Assembly: GCA_030147845.1 (NCBI GenBank)
Contig: JASBUN010000022.1
Coordinates: 6,152 to 70,151, forward strand
Length of the DNA stretch: 64,000 bases
Origin: Gammaproteobacteria bacterium
GTDB lineage: Bacteria > Pseudomonadota > Gammaproteobacteria > JASBUN01
Direction: 5' to 3'
The notes beneath the pieces are model-generated. The model was given only the letters and a program-made list of their open reading frames with translations, did no database searches and was not told the origin of the DNA. This document shows positions 8,915 through 17,832 of the stretch, one piece after another; the stretch's first letter is position 1, and each line of letters begins with the position of its first letter. The position numbers and the translations under genes are program-made.

Positions 8915-10006
8915 ATGAACAAAGTTTCCAAATTAGTGATCGGCGTACTCGGTGTATTTGCCGTACACGCTGCGGCTTATGCCGCTGACCCCGTCCATAT
9001 AACTTACGGTTATCATCCCTATTGGACCGGAGGTTGGAACGGTGTCATCATCAAGGCAAAAGGATTGTGGAAAAAATATCTCCCGCCTGGTAGCACCGTT
9101 AAATTTGAGCCGCATCTGACCGGTCCACCGATGGTGAATGCACTGCTCGCAAATAAGATGCAGATTGGCACCATGGGAGACATGCCGTCGCTAGTCGCGA
9201 CAACGAAAAAAAATATCGCAGATATACGTTTGGTTTCGGTTCCGATGTTTAGTGATGGGCAGAACTGCAACAAGATCGTGGTGCGGAAGGACGCACCCAA
9301 CTTCAAAGACGTAAAACAGGCCATGAAATGGCTGAATGGCAAGAATTTTGCCGTGCATCGTGGCACCTGCGCCAATCGATTTGTAAAATCGATCATCGAG
9401 AAAGGCGCTTTCACTCCCAAACGTGTGATGTATATGCCAATCGAAGTGATTGCCAGCAACTTTGAAGCGGGCAAGTTGGATGCCGCCGCAATGTGGGAGC
9501 CGCATGCTCGAAGGGTGGTCGAGAAAGGTTTTGCAAAGTACGCGGCTACTGGCGCGCCTTGGAACGAGACCGACGCCGATTTCACTCTCATGCGGGAAGA
9601 TTTTATTAAACAACATCCGGAAGCCGCAGTTGGTTGGATGAAGGCGGAAATCGAAGCGGTGCGGTTTATGGCCGAGCATCCGAAACAGACCGCCGAAATC
9701 ATGGCGAAAGAGCTTGTCAACTATACGCCGGAGATGGCGTGGACGGCCTTGTATGAGAAAAACCCGAAGAGCATAGGCGGCGCAAAAGTAAACTACATCG
9801 GTAAGATGGTGTTCGATGCGCAAGCGCTGGACTTGATGAAGAAAGGTTATGCGTTCTTATATAAGATGAAGGTGTTGAAGTCACCTGACATGCCTAAAAA
9901 CGCTTACGATCCGGGCCCGATTAATACGGCGCTGAAGGAGCTGGGCATGAAGGCGCCGGTTGGCGAGATTGTAGGCCGGCCGCGCGCGGACATGCCCAAG
10001 TTTTAA
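8915..10006 (+). CDS. ABC transporter periplasmic substrate-binding protein, NitT/TauT (NMT1/SsuA-like) family
   Basis: N-terminal signal peptide MNKVSKLVIGVLGVFAVHAAAYA; 363 aa; last gene of a permease-ATPase-permease-ATPase-SBP operon; GAGGAG RBS. Confidence 0.75.
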   Translation: MNKVSKLVIGVLGVFAVHAAAYAADPVHITYGYHPYWTGGWNGVIIKAKGLWKKYLPPGSTVKFEPHLTGPPMVNALLANKMQIGTMGDMPSLVATTKKNIADIRLVSVPMFSDGQNCNKIVVRKDAPNFKDVKQAMKWLNGKNFAVHRGTCANRFVKSIIEKGAFTPKRVMYMPIEVIASNFEAGKLDAAAMWEPHARRVVEKGFAKYAATGAPWNETDADFTLMREDFIKQHPEAAVGWMKAEIEAVRFMAEHPKQTAEIMAKELVNYTPEMAWTALYEKNPKSIGGAKVNYIGKMVFDAQALDLMKKGYAFLYKMKVLKSPDMPKNAYDPGPINTALKELGMKAPVGEIVGRPRADMPKF

Positions 10007-10030
10007 TCACGGGCGCTAAGTGCTGACGCG

Positions 10031-10079
10031 AAGACGTACACCCAAGCGGGTTTGGAGTTGGTGCATGGGTGTACGTCTT
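10031..10079 (+). terminator. Candidate intrinsic terminator / stable hairpin after the SBP gene
   Basis: 14-bp perfect stem AAGACGTACACCCA...TGGGTGTACGTCTT with a 21-nt loop, followed by the T/A-rich TTATATACAC. Confidence 0.4.
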
Positions 10080-10140
10080 TATATACACTGAAATTGGCGT
10101 AGTGCATTTCTGAATCGGAGTCCCCGAGGATACAACCGAC

Positions 10141-10539
10141 ATGGACAAAGAACACTATGGCGTGTGCCGCTGGGACAAAAATGGCTATGAGTCGTGGACG
10201 CCTTTTGGCAAGATAAATATGTTCGATAGTGGCGGCCAGAGGGCGGTTGAACTATTTCTGCTGTCGGCGGCCGCCTGTTTGAATTTCTATTTGGTCGAGT
10301 ACGTGCGCAATCGTAACTTACCGGTGCGTGAACTTCACGTGCGCTGCGATGGCGATATGCTCAAGGCCCCGGAACGTGTTGGAAAAATGACTACGGTTGT
10401 TCGGATTGATGCGGATCTGTCCGATAAAGATCGCGCCAAGATGGTGAAGATGTGCGAGCGCGCATGTAAAGTGATGAACACGCTCAAGGATAGCCCGACG
10501 ATCGAGGTTGTAATACAGGCGATTGACACGCAAAGGTAG
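10141..10539 (+). CDS. OsmC/Ohr-family protein (OsmC-like peroxiredoxin fold)
   Basis: 132 aa; size and pattern (AAACLNFY ... CERACKV, two Cys) are consistent with the OsmC family; weak recognition only. Confidence 0.5.
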   Translation: MDKEHYGVCRWDKNGYESWTPFGKINMFDSGGQRAVELFLLSAAACLNFYLVEYVRNRNLPVRELHVRCDGDMLKAPERVGKMTTVVRIDADLSDKDRAKMVKMCERACKVMNTLKDSPTIEVVIQAIDTQR

Positions 10540-11061
10540 AGCGGCCGGAAGCGCTCAGATGACGCTCTTCCTCAAGCAATGTTCGTCGCCGGTGATTGTA
10601 AATCAAGCCAGTCCTGCACGCTTTAGATGTGCGTGTGTGGGGAGGCTGCCAGAGTGCTCTCCGCCCCAATCATGGACAAATCCTGATACTTCGCGCCGAT
10701 TGTTATAACGGCTCACGGCTGGCGTGCCCGGCGCTGGACAGTGGTGTCTCCGGAAAGTGTCCGTTCTTGTGACACACTGTTGCAACCGGCGAGCGCATCA
10801 CCCGGCTCGAGACCAAACGTGAGCGTAACTCCGGCGTGTTCCGAGCACGGTCGCGGTTTGCAACTACCGTCCGCGCTGGTGCGAGTAGCTCAATATGCGC
10901 TGCTGAACCGTTGTTTTTCCCGTATCTAACTGTTTTGATGAAAATAATGTAAGTGGCGCGGCCGGCTTATAGATCGTCTGTAGCGGCATACTCCGATTTT
11001 ACTCCCCTGCTCACCGAGATAAGCTTCCGGTTGTCGAAATGCTTGTCCCATCGCATACCGG

Positions 11062-11077
11062 TGGCACGACATTTGCT
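11062..11077 (+). promoter_or_regulatory. Candidate sigma-54 promoter TGGCACG-N4-TTGCT (perfect consensus)
   Basis: GGTGGCACGACATTTGCTCT has canonical -24 TGGCACG and -12 TTGC with correct spacing. Intergenic, about 400 nt upstream of the secreted DsrE-like gene. Confidence 0.5.
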
Positions 11078-11476
11078 CTGTTGACTGGAGGACGGTGCGG
11101 ACGACTTTCGCAACGTTATGGTGCCGCTCCGACAGGGCATCTGGAAAAATGGAAGCTATTTACATAAATGGCCTCCGAAATGATTGGTTTACCGAGCAGC
11201 AATAAGACTGAGCACGACTATGTGCAATCATCGTTGCTTTTTCGTTCGCAGACTTCGCAGGTCTTAGGGTCGGCGGTGCATTACACGGCACGTCCCAACT
11301 GCGACGCACTTTGATACGCAACTTAGTTTATCGATGCATGAATATACGTTGCATGACTCGATACGTGGAGAACGACTGGAAAGGGATAGCGTGTACGTAG
11401 AGGATGGCTGTTCATGCGTGATGCATTGGCGGCTTTTTCGCAAATTATAAATTTAGAACATCGGGAGGAGATCCAC

Positions 11477-11992
11477 ATGCTTACAAGCAAGCTAAGTAAA
11501 GTATGTACGAGCGCTATCTTTGGTCTGGTCGCAATGATGATTGGAGCAAGCAGTTACGCCGGTAGTGAACCGAACGATGCGCGCGCATTACACGGTTTGA
11601 CCTCGGCCAAGGCTATCTTCGACATTACCACCGCAAATCCGAAGAAACTGTATTTCTATTTGAACCTGATTGAGGCGACGGCGAAATCGATGGAGGCGCA
11701 AGGCGTAAAGCCGAAGTTCGTATTGGCGTTTCGTGGACCGGCGACATTCTATATGAGTAGTGACCGCAGTAAGATCAAACTCGAGGACGGCGAGATCGCG
11801 GATAAGATCGAGAAAAAGATCACCGAGCTCGGGCATGACCCAAATTTACATTTGGAGCAATGTTCCGTCGCTGCCCACGCCCTGCATGTCGACAAAAAAT
11901 CCATATATCGCCCGATCAAAGTCATCGGCAACAGTTGGATCTCGTTGATCGGATATGAAAACAGAGGTTACGCCATCGTTCCAGTGCGGTAG
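11477..11992 (+). CDS. Secreted DsrE/DsrF-like (YchN-like) family protein, paralog of 60820..61320
   Basis: Signal peptide MLTSKLSKVCTSAIFGLVAMMIGASSYAG; strong RBS GGGAGGAG 7 nt upstream of the ATG at 11477; conserved Cys context EQCSVAAHALHV and C-terminal VIGNSWISLIGYENRGYAIV are shared with the 60820 ORF. Family assignment is tentative. Confidence 0.45.
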   Translation: MLTSKLSKVCTSAIFGLVAMMIGASSYAGSEPNDARALHGLTSAKAIFDITTANPKKLYFYLNLIEATAKSMEAQGVKPKFVLAFRGPATFYMSSDRSKIKLEDGEIADKIEKKITELGHDPNLHLEQCSVAAHALHVDKKSIYRPIKVIGNSWISLIGYENRGYAIVPVR

Positions 11993-12179
11993 TATTCGAG
12001 CTAGCGTACAAGGTAGGCAGCGGGTCCATGCGCGGTGCGGCTTATGTTTAGTGCGGGTTTGGTGTTTAGGCTGAGCACTGATATTGGGCCGTACCGCCGG
12101 GGCAAAAGGGGTGGCGGATGCTGCCAATTGATCCGACTATCCACGATCTTAAGATGATCCAACCACGATTAAGTGAGAC

Positions 12180-12809
12180 ATGACAGAACGCAACTCCCAT
12201 ACAACTCAATTCGCACGGTGCCTCGGATTGGGTGCTTTGCTTATTTCGATACTCGGCTGCTCTACCGTAGTACACGACGAGACACAGCAGCGCAAAATCC
12301 TACAGGATAAGGTTGTAGGAAGTTACCGTTGGATAATGACGGCGCCGTCCGGCGTGAATTTCACGCTTGCTCAGCGGCTTCCCGATCAGACGCGCTCGTT
12401 TTATCTCGCGCGCGGCTTCTCATCCGCTGCCGCCAATAGTTATGCGATTTCATGCGTATTTCAGACCATCGTCCATAACGACACGAAAAAAAGCGTCGTT
12501 GCCTTCAATCTGGCCGATTGGCGAATTATCGAAAATGGACACGAGCGTCCACTGAAACTTACCTCGCAATGGCAGCAGGATTGGAAAAAAATGGGTCTAC
12601 CAAAAAGCGCACAAATTGCGTTTCAGTGGTCACAATTCCCAACTATACAGAAGCACAATCCGGGCGATTGGTTTCAAGGGATGATTGCTGCAGGACTGCC
12701 GCCCGGCTCCACGTTTGGAGTAAAGATCGTTTGGACTCAAGACGGTGTGCCGCATCAGGCCAAGATGACCGATATACAGTGTCCGAAAGACCGGACAATA
12801 AAGAGGTAA
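12180..12809 (+). CDS. Hypothetical lipoprotein
   Basis: Lipobox LISILGC at the N-terminus; gene-like codon usage; no recognisable domain. Confidence 0.5.
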   Translation: MTERNSHTTQFARCLGLGALLISILGCSTVVHDETQQRKILQDKVVGSYRWIMTAPSGVNFTLAQRLPDQTRSFYLARGFSSAAANSYAISCVFQTIVHNDTKKSVVAFNLADWRIIENGHERPLKLTSQWQQDWKKMGLPKSAQIAFQWSQFPTIQKHNPGDWFQGMIAAGLPPGSTFGVKIVWTQDGVPHQAKMTDIQCPKDRTIKR

Positions 12810-12815
12810 TTAGAC

Positions 12816-13346
12816 ATGCTGAAGAAGATACCGCTGGCGATCATTTTTGCTGTTGCGCTTGTATTCGGTACGGGTGGTACCGCGGGTGCGGCGGAAATGC
12901 AGACAATACAGGCCGTTCCGCAAAAGCCCGCTGCGCCGAATTTTACGTTGAAGGATTTGAACGACAAAACGCACAGTTTGTCTGATTTCCGCGGCAAGGT
13001 GGTTGCGGTAAATTTTTGGGCGACATGGTGCCCGCCATGCCGGAAAGAACTGCCGTCCATGCAGCGGGCCTATAAGGATTATCACAAAAAAGGTTTCGTT
13101 ATTCTCGGTGTCAACGAAGGCGAGGATTGGGATACGATCGCGCCCTTTCTTGAGAATTTCTCGCTGACCTATCCTATTTTGCTCGACAAGGAATCAACGG
13201 TTATCGGCAAGTGGAAAGTACTCGGTTTGCCAACCACGTTTATCGTCGATCGAAAGGGAAGAATCACACATCGAATCAATGGTGGGCGTGATTGGGATGA
13301 TCCCGCGTTCCGCAAGGCGTTGGAAGCCGCTATTGACGGTGATTGA
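12816..13346 (+). CDS. Periplasmic thiol:disulfide oxidoreductase, TlpA/ResA/CcmG-like thioredoxin family
   Basis: Signal peptide plus VNFWATWCPPCRKELP (the WCPPC active site typical of TlpA-like reductases). Confidence 0.85.
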   Translation: MLKKIPLAIIFAVALVFGTGGTAGAAEMQTIQAVPQKPAAPNFTLKDLNDKTHSLSDFRGKVVAVNFWATWCPPCRKELPSMQRAYKDYHKKGFVILGVNEGEDWDTIAPFLENFSLTYPILLDKESTVIGKWKVLGLPTTFIVDRKGRITHRINGGRDWDDPAFRKALEAAIDGD

Positions 13347-13515
13347 GTAACTCCTGTCAGCCATAACTACAGCTAAGTCGCAGCGGCTATCAGCCCGCTT
13401 TAGCGCGATTAGGTGGGTGGCTCGACAATGTCTTTGGGCTTGCGCCGATTCGGACGATAATTTCGCCGTCGGCGCCGGGCGTACTCGGGGGATTCAGGTG
13501 AAGATACAGAAATTT

Positions 13516-15375
13516 ATGGCGATGGTTGGCGCCGTCGTCATTGCAAGTACGATATGGGCGCTGCCGCTAAGCGCAGCGCACGCGGATTTTTTACCTCCTG
13601 AACAGGCCTTCGTGCTGGCGCAGCCGACGGTGGTGGATGGCGGGAAAGCGATCCTGTTGCAATGGAAAATCGTCGATGGTTATTACCTCTACCGCGATAA
13701 AATAAAAGTACGGGCTGGCGGCGAAGATCACGGTTTTAAGCTGGGCACGCCGGTAATGCCGGCCGGAAAAACGCACAAGGATCCAAGTTTTGGCACCGTG
13801 GTGGTTTACTACCATGAACTCCGTGCGCAGGTTCCGGTGTCGGGCGCTGCGGCCGGTTCGACCGTATTGCTTAAGGTGCGTTATCAGGGGTGCGCGGATG
13901 CAGGGTTATGCTATCCACCACAGACGCGCACGGTAAGTGTCTCAATGCCATCTGTGGGGGGAGGTGCGTCGACTGCCGCTGTGGCCACTTCGACGCCCGC
14001 GCCACCGTCGGGTACTGTGAGTCGGTCGCCCGCGGCACCCAGTGCCGGCACGCCCCCGGAGTCAGAGCAAGGGAAATTGGTCGAGCTGCTCAAGAACGGC
14101 AGCGCGCTGGCGATTATAGGCGCGTTCTTTCTTGCCGGTTTGGGCTTGTCATTAACGCCGTGTGTGTTCCCGATGATCCCCATTTTGTCCGGAATAATCG
14201 TCGGGCAAGGCGAAGGTATTACTACCAAGCGCGCATTCGGATTGTCGGCGATCTATGTCTTCTCGATGGCTGCTACGTATACGGTCGCCGGCGTTTTGGC
14301 CGGACTATTCGGCAAGAACTTACAGGCCAGTTTGCAGAATCCATGGGTGATCTCGGCGTTCGCCGCCATATTTATTGCGCTGGCTCTATCCATGTTTGGA
14401 CTTTACAACCTGCAATTACCTGCGAGTTGGCAAAGTCGTCTGACCGAAGCGAGTAATCGACAACGCGGCGGTACCCTGATTGGCGTCGGTGTCATGGGGT
14501 TTCTGTCAGCATTAATCGTGGGTCCCTGTGTCGCGGCGCCGATCGCTGCGGCCCTGATCGTTATCGGTCAGAGCGGTGATCCCGTGCTTGGCGGAGAGGC
14601 CTTGTTTGCCCTTAGTCTCGGCATGGGGGCGCCGTTGCTCCTGATTGGTACCAGCGGCGGAAAGCTGCTTCCACGCGCCGGCGCATGGATGAACACCGTC
14701 AAGGCTGTGTTTGGCGTGGTTATGTTGGGCGTAGCGATCTGGATGCTGGAGCGGATACTGCCAGGTCCGTTGACACTCGTGCTGTGGGGCCTGCTGCTGC
14801 TGGTAAGCGCGGCTTATCTTGGTGCTTTTGATGCGCTACCAGAGAAGATGAGAGGCTGGAGAACCCTCTGGAAAGGTTTTGGTATTGCTCTGGCGCTCTA
14901 CGGAGCGGCGTTGCTGCTCGGGGCATCGCTAGGTAGTGATGATCCATTGCAGCCGCTTGCGAGATTAGGCGCGGGCGGGATTGCCACGGCAACTGCCGAG
15001 CCGAGCCATGGGTTAAGCTTCGCTCGAGTTCGAAACTTGACCGATTTGCAAGCGAAGGTAAAAGCCGCGGCAAGTGAGGGGCGAATTGTTATGCTCGATT
15101 TCTATGCCGACTGGTGCGTGTCATGCAAGGAGTTAGAGCGAAACACATTCACGGATCCCGCCCTGCGTGCGCAACTGTCGAACGCAGTATTACTGCAAGC
15201 CGATGTAACCAAAAACAGTGCCGACGACATCGCACTGATGCGGGCTTATCATGTCATCGGACCACCAACGGTACTATTCTTTGGCGCCAACGGTAACGAA
15301 CGCTATAACCTTCGGGTAGTCGGATACCTCGACGCAAGCCAGTTTCGGGCCCGAGTGAACCGCGTAATCAATTGA
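13516..15375 (+). CDS. dsbD: Thiol:disulfide interchange protein DsbD (DipZ)
   Basis: N-terminal periplasmic domain, central membrane domain with CVFPMIP and GPCVAAP cysteine motifs, C-terminal thioredoxin domain DWCVSCKE. Start taken at the MAMVGAVVIAS signal peptide rather than the track start at 13417. Confidence 0.85.
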   Translation: MAMVGAVVIASTIWALPLSAAHADFLPPEQAFVLAQPTVVDGGKAILLQWKIVDGYYLYRDKIKVRAGGEDHGFKLGTPVMPAGKTHKDPSFGTVVVYYHELRAQVPVSGAAAGSTVLLKVRYQGCADAGLCYPPQTRTVSVSMPSVGGGASTAAVATSTPAPPSGTVSRSPAAPSAGTPPESEQGKLVELLKNGSALAIIGAFFLAGLGLSLTPCVFPMIPILSGIIVGQGEGITTKRAFGLSAIYVFSMAATYTVAGVLAGLFGKNLQASLQNPWVISAFAAIFIALALSMFGLYNLQLPASWQSRLTEASNRQRGGTLIGVGVMGFLSALIVGPCVAAPIAAALIVIGQSGDPVLGGEALFALSLGMGAPLLLIGTSGGKLLPRAGAWMNTVKAVFGVVMLGVAIWMLERILPGPLTLVLWGLLLLVSAAYLGAFDALPEKMRGWRTLWKGFGIALALYGAALLLGASLGSDDPLQPLARLGAGGIATATAEPSHGLSFARVRNLTDLQAKVKAAASEGRIVMLDFYADWCVSCKELERNTFTDPALRAQLSNAVLLQADVTKNSADDIALMRAYHVIGPPTVLFFGANGNERYNLRVVGYLDASQFRARVNRVIN

Positions 15376-15386
15376 TTGCGATGATA

Positions 15387-15408
15387 ACGGCGCCGACTCG
15401 CCGTTTTT
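15387..15408 (+). terminator. Rho-independent terminator after dsbD
   Basis: ACGGCG-ccgact-CGCCGT hairpin followed by TTTTT. Confidence 0.6.
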
Positions 15409-15522
15409 CGCCGGCTAAATGGCATCGGCTGGCCACCGCATCGGCGATGCCATGTATGTCTCGCGGCGGCAGTGTTGACGCCGGGCGGCGGTGGCGGCTG
15501 CGTTCCAACTAAACCGTGACGA

Positions 15523-16284
15523 TCAGCCTTGCAAACTTTCCTGCATTTCAGCGCAGTATTGCTCCAAATGCTCCGGTACGTCAGGCGGACAAACACCGCA
15601 TTGACGATTACCAGGTACTGCGTAATCAATGAACTTCGGGTAGGCAAGATCCATTTCTTCCATAATCCGGACGAACTCGTCTAGCGGCTTATCGTTTCCA
15701 AGCCGCGGGTTGCGTATTTTTTCCTGGCCTATGCTGGTGACGCGTCGGCCTTCGTAGTCGTGCGCGGGAAACACCAAGCTGTCATCCGGTAACGAGAACA
15801 GTTTGTCGTGGATACTTCTGTAGAGTGTCCGCGCATCGCCGTTTTGAAAATCCGTTCGGCCGCAGGCCTCGATCAAAAGCGCATCGCCGCTGAATACGCG
15901 ATCGCTCAAACCGTCTTGAACGCGATAGGCATGATGGCCGTCAGTATGCCCTGGCGTGAATAGCGGATCGAGGCGGATGCTGCCCATTTCGAACGGTTTC
16001 CCGTCTTCGATCTCGATATCGACACACGGAAGTTTGTCGACCCCCGGATGTGCGATACGGCTGCCGGCCTCACGACGTAAAGTCAGCGCAGACGTGATGT
16101 GGTCGGCGTGGATATGGGTGTCGAGCGTGAAGGCGAGCTTCAACTTGAGCTCATTGATAATTCCGAGATCGCGTTCCCATGTCGGCAGCACCGGGTCGAT
16201 GAGTAGTGCCTGGCCCGTATCCTCGCAGGCGAGGAGATAGGTATAGGTGCTGGATATTGGTTCAAAGAGCTGACGAAAAATCAT
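15523..16284 (-). CDS. MBL-fold metallo-hydrolase, persulfide dioxygenase (ETHE1/Blh)-like
   Basis: HxHxDH motif THIHADHIT, GHTDGH, about 250 aa with a Cys-containing C-terminal extension. Start taken at the internal Met (MIFRQLF) rather than the track start at 16353. Confidence 0.7.
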   Translation of the reverse strand: MIFRQLFEPISSTYTYLLACEDTGQALLIDPVLPTWERDLGIINELKLKLAFTLDTHIHADHITSALTLRREAGSRIAHPGVDKLPCVDIEIEDGKPFEMGSIRLDPLFTPGHTDGHHAYRVQDGLSDRVFSGDALLIEACGRTDFQNGDARTLYRSIHDKLFSLPDDSLVFPAHDYEGRRVTSIGQEKIRNPRLGNDKPLDEFVRIMEEMDLAYPKFIDYAVPGNRQCGVCPPDVPEHLEQYCAEMQESLQG

Positions 16285-16704
16285 GTAAGAATTCCTTTGC
16301 AACGATCGATGTACTACACGGCAGTTTAGCAGCCATACGCGCATCGGCAGCATGTGACCATTATTTCATGCCCGCTCAGTGGCCTGACGCCGGGACCTTG
16401 CCGATATGCGTAGAGGCATTAAGGAGTATTGAAACGACGGTCCGCAGGACGGCTGCCGAGCGCGAGTGTATGTAGCCGTCAGCCGTGTTGGTCACCGCCA
16501 AAAAATACGCCAGCGAAGCACATCAGGCAAGGCGCGCAAAGGCCACGCCAACGGCTTTGCGCCGCTAGCGATGTTGCTCCAGCGTGCGCCGGCCCGCAGT
16601 CGCCACCATAGGCCGACGCGCAGCTTAGGTGCCCGATATAGTCGCTTCTGTGGTCCGTACAACGATTTATTTGTTGGTTTTATTGAACAATTAGGGTCGA
16701 GCGC

Positions 16705-16732
16705 TTGACAGCACCAAAATTGGATTTATACT
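16705..16732 (+). promoter_or_regulatory. Sigma-70-type promoter TTGACA-N16-TATACT for the GntR-family gene
   Basis: Exact -35 hexamer and a 5/6 -10 hexamer with a 16-bp spacer, immediately upstream of the gntR-like ORF. Confidence 0.45.
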
Positions 16733-16764
16733 GGATTCATAATGAATGCAATTGAATCCAATTT
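16717..16764 (+). promoter_or_regulatory. Nested palindromic operator-like element (AAATTGGATT...GGATTCA-N13-TGAATCC...AATCCAATTT)
   Basis: 10-bp outer and 7-bp inner inverted repeats overlapping the -10 hexamer and the 5' end of the GntR-family gene; plausible autoregulatory operator. Confidence 0.4.
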
Positions 16765-16774
16765 AGAGAGTCGA

Positions 16775-17461
16775 ATGGCGATGAATTCGCAGGAACGCGC
16801 GTACAAGTACATCAAGGATGAAATTATCGGCTATCGATTGAAGCCGAACGAGCGTCTTACTGCAGCGTCATTGGCGTCGATACTCAATATCAGCCGCACC
16901 CCAGTCCGCGAAGCGCTGAGCCGCTTGGAACAAGAACGGTTGGTGGTACGCGAATCTGGCTGGGGCTATGTCGTTCGGCCCATGACGTTTGCCGATGTGG
17001 CCAATATATTTCGCGTTCGCGAGGCTCTTGAAATTGAAGCGGCCTATGAGGCGCTGCCGAATCTCGATGACGGAGCGGCAGATTTTATGAGTGCGTTGTT
17101 GGCGCGTGCGGAGGAGTTGCTGGCCGAGAATGAAGTTTCGGAATTCCTGCGCATAAACCGGCAGTTTCACAACACCTTCGCGGAATACAGTGGCAATTGG
17201 GTGTTGCAGGACATGTTGCAGATGATCACCGATCGCATACAGATCGTCGGCGCTTTGGTTATTGATCGTTATCCGCAACGCGCGGTCGAAATATTGCAGG
17301 AAAATAAGCGCATTCTAGCTGCGGTACGCACTAAGAATGCGAATCTGGTAGACACCGAGCTGCGCGCCCATATCCGCCGAGCACGTGAGCGTGTAAGTAC
17401 ATTTTTAAAGCAGGAGTCACGGCATTTTTATCTGGGGGATGGTGCACGCTATCCCGTCTAA
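16775..17461 (+). CDS. GntR-family transcriptional regulator (FadR/FCD subfamily)
   Basis: N-terminal wHTH (LTAASLASILNISRTPVREALSRLEQERLVV) plus a C-terminal FCD-like helical domain. ATG at 16775 has an AGAGAG RBS; the track start at 16742 is in frame. Confidence 0.8.
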   Translation: MAMNSQERAYKYIKDEIIGYRLKPNERLTAASLASILNISRTPVREALSRLEQERLVVRESGWGYVVRPMTFADVANIFRVREALEIEAAYEALPNLDDGAADFMSALLARAEELLAENEVSEFLRINRQFHNTFAEYSGNWVLQDMLQMITDRIQIVGALVIDRYPQRAVEILQENKRILAAVRTKNANLVDTELRAHIRRARERVSTFLKQESRHFYLGDGARYPV

Positions 17462-17832
17462 CCAGGAAGCGATAGGCATTACGTCTCGCCCACGAGACAG
17501 CATACACGCGGTCAGTTAGCAGTCGGCCACAATAGATATAACTATAAAACAGTCCGAGTTGTTGAGAAGTTCGGCTCAACACGACAGGAGGATGGACCAT
17601 GTCCGTCACACCGCCTAGAACATGCGTATCCGCCATTCTGTATTTGGCGCGCCTTCATTGCCCGTTCTCTATGTACGTGTCCGTAGTCGGGCCTCCCGGA
17701 AAGTCATCTGAAGTTTCGTAGTTGGCAGTAATTTCTTGACGCACTAGTAGCGCGCCAATCTGTCGCCGACCGCGCGCTACCGACTTTTCTGGTTCGCCAG
17801 GGGGGTTGCTGCCGTATCCACAGGAGACTCGG

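Noticed and set aside
9019-9823. 233-aa and 210-aa minus-strand ORFs inside the substrate-binding-protein gene
   Set aside because: Fully embedded antisense to a CDS with a clear signal peptide, RBS and operon context; no recognisable features.
13417-13515. N-terminal extensions in the ORF track (dsbD from 13417; also msmA from 20669, DUF4139 from 42187, PPTase from 42423, yqiB-like from 58950, ATPases from 6178/7994, glcE from 55671)
   Set aside because: Each extension overlaps the upstream or divergent gene or lacks an RBS. An internal start with a good Shine-Dalgarno and/or signal peptide gives the expected family length.
17640-17665. Candidate sigma-54 promoter TGGCGCGCCTTCATTGCC upstream of the msm transporter genes
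   Set aside because: GG to GC spacing is 12 nt instead of the required 10; treated as a chance match.
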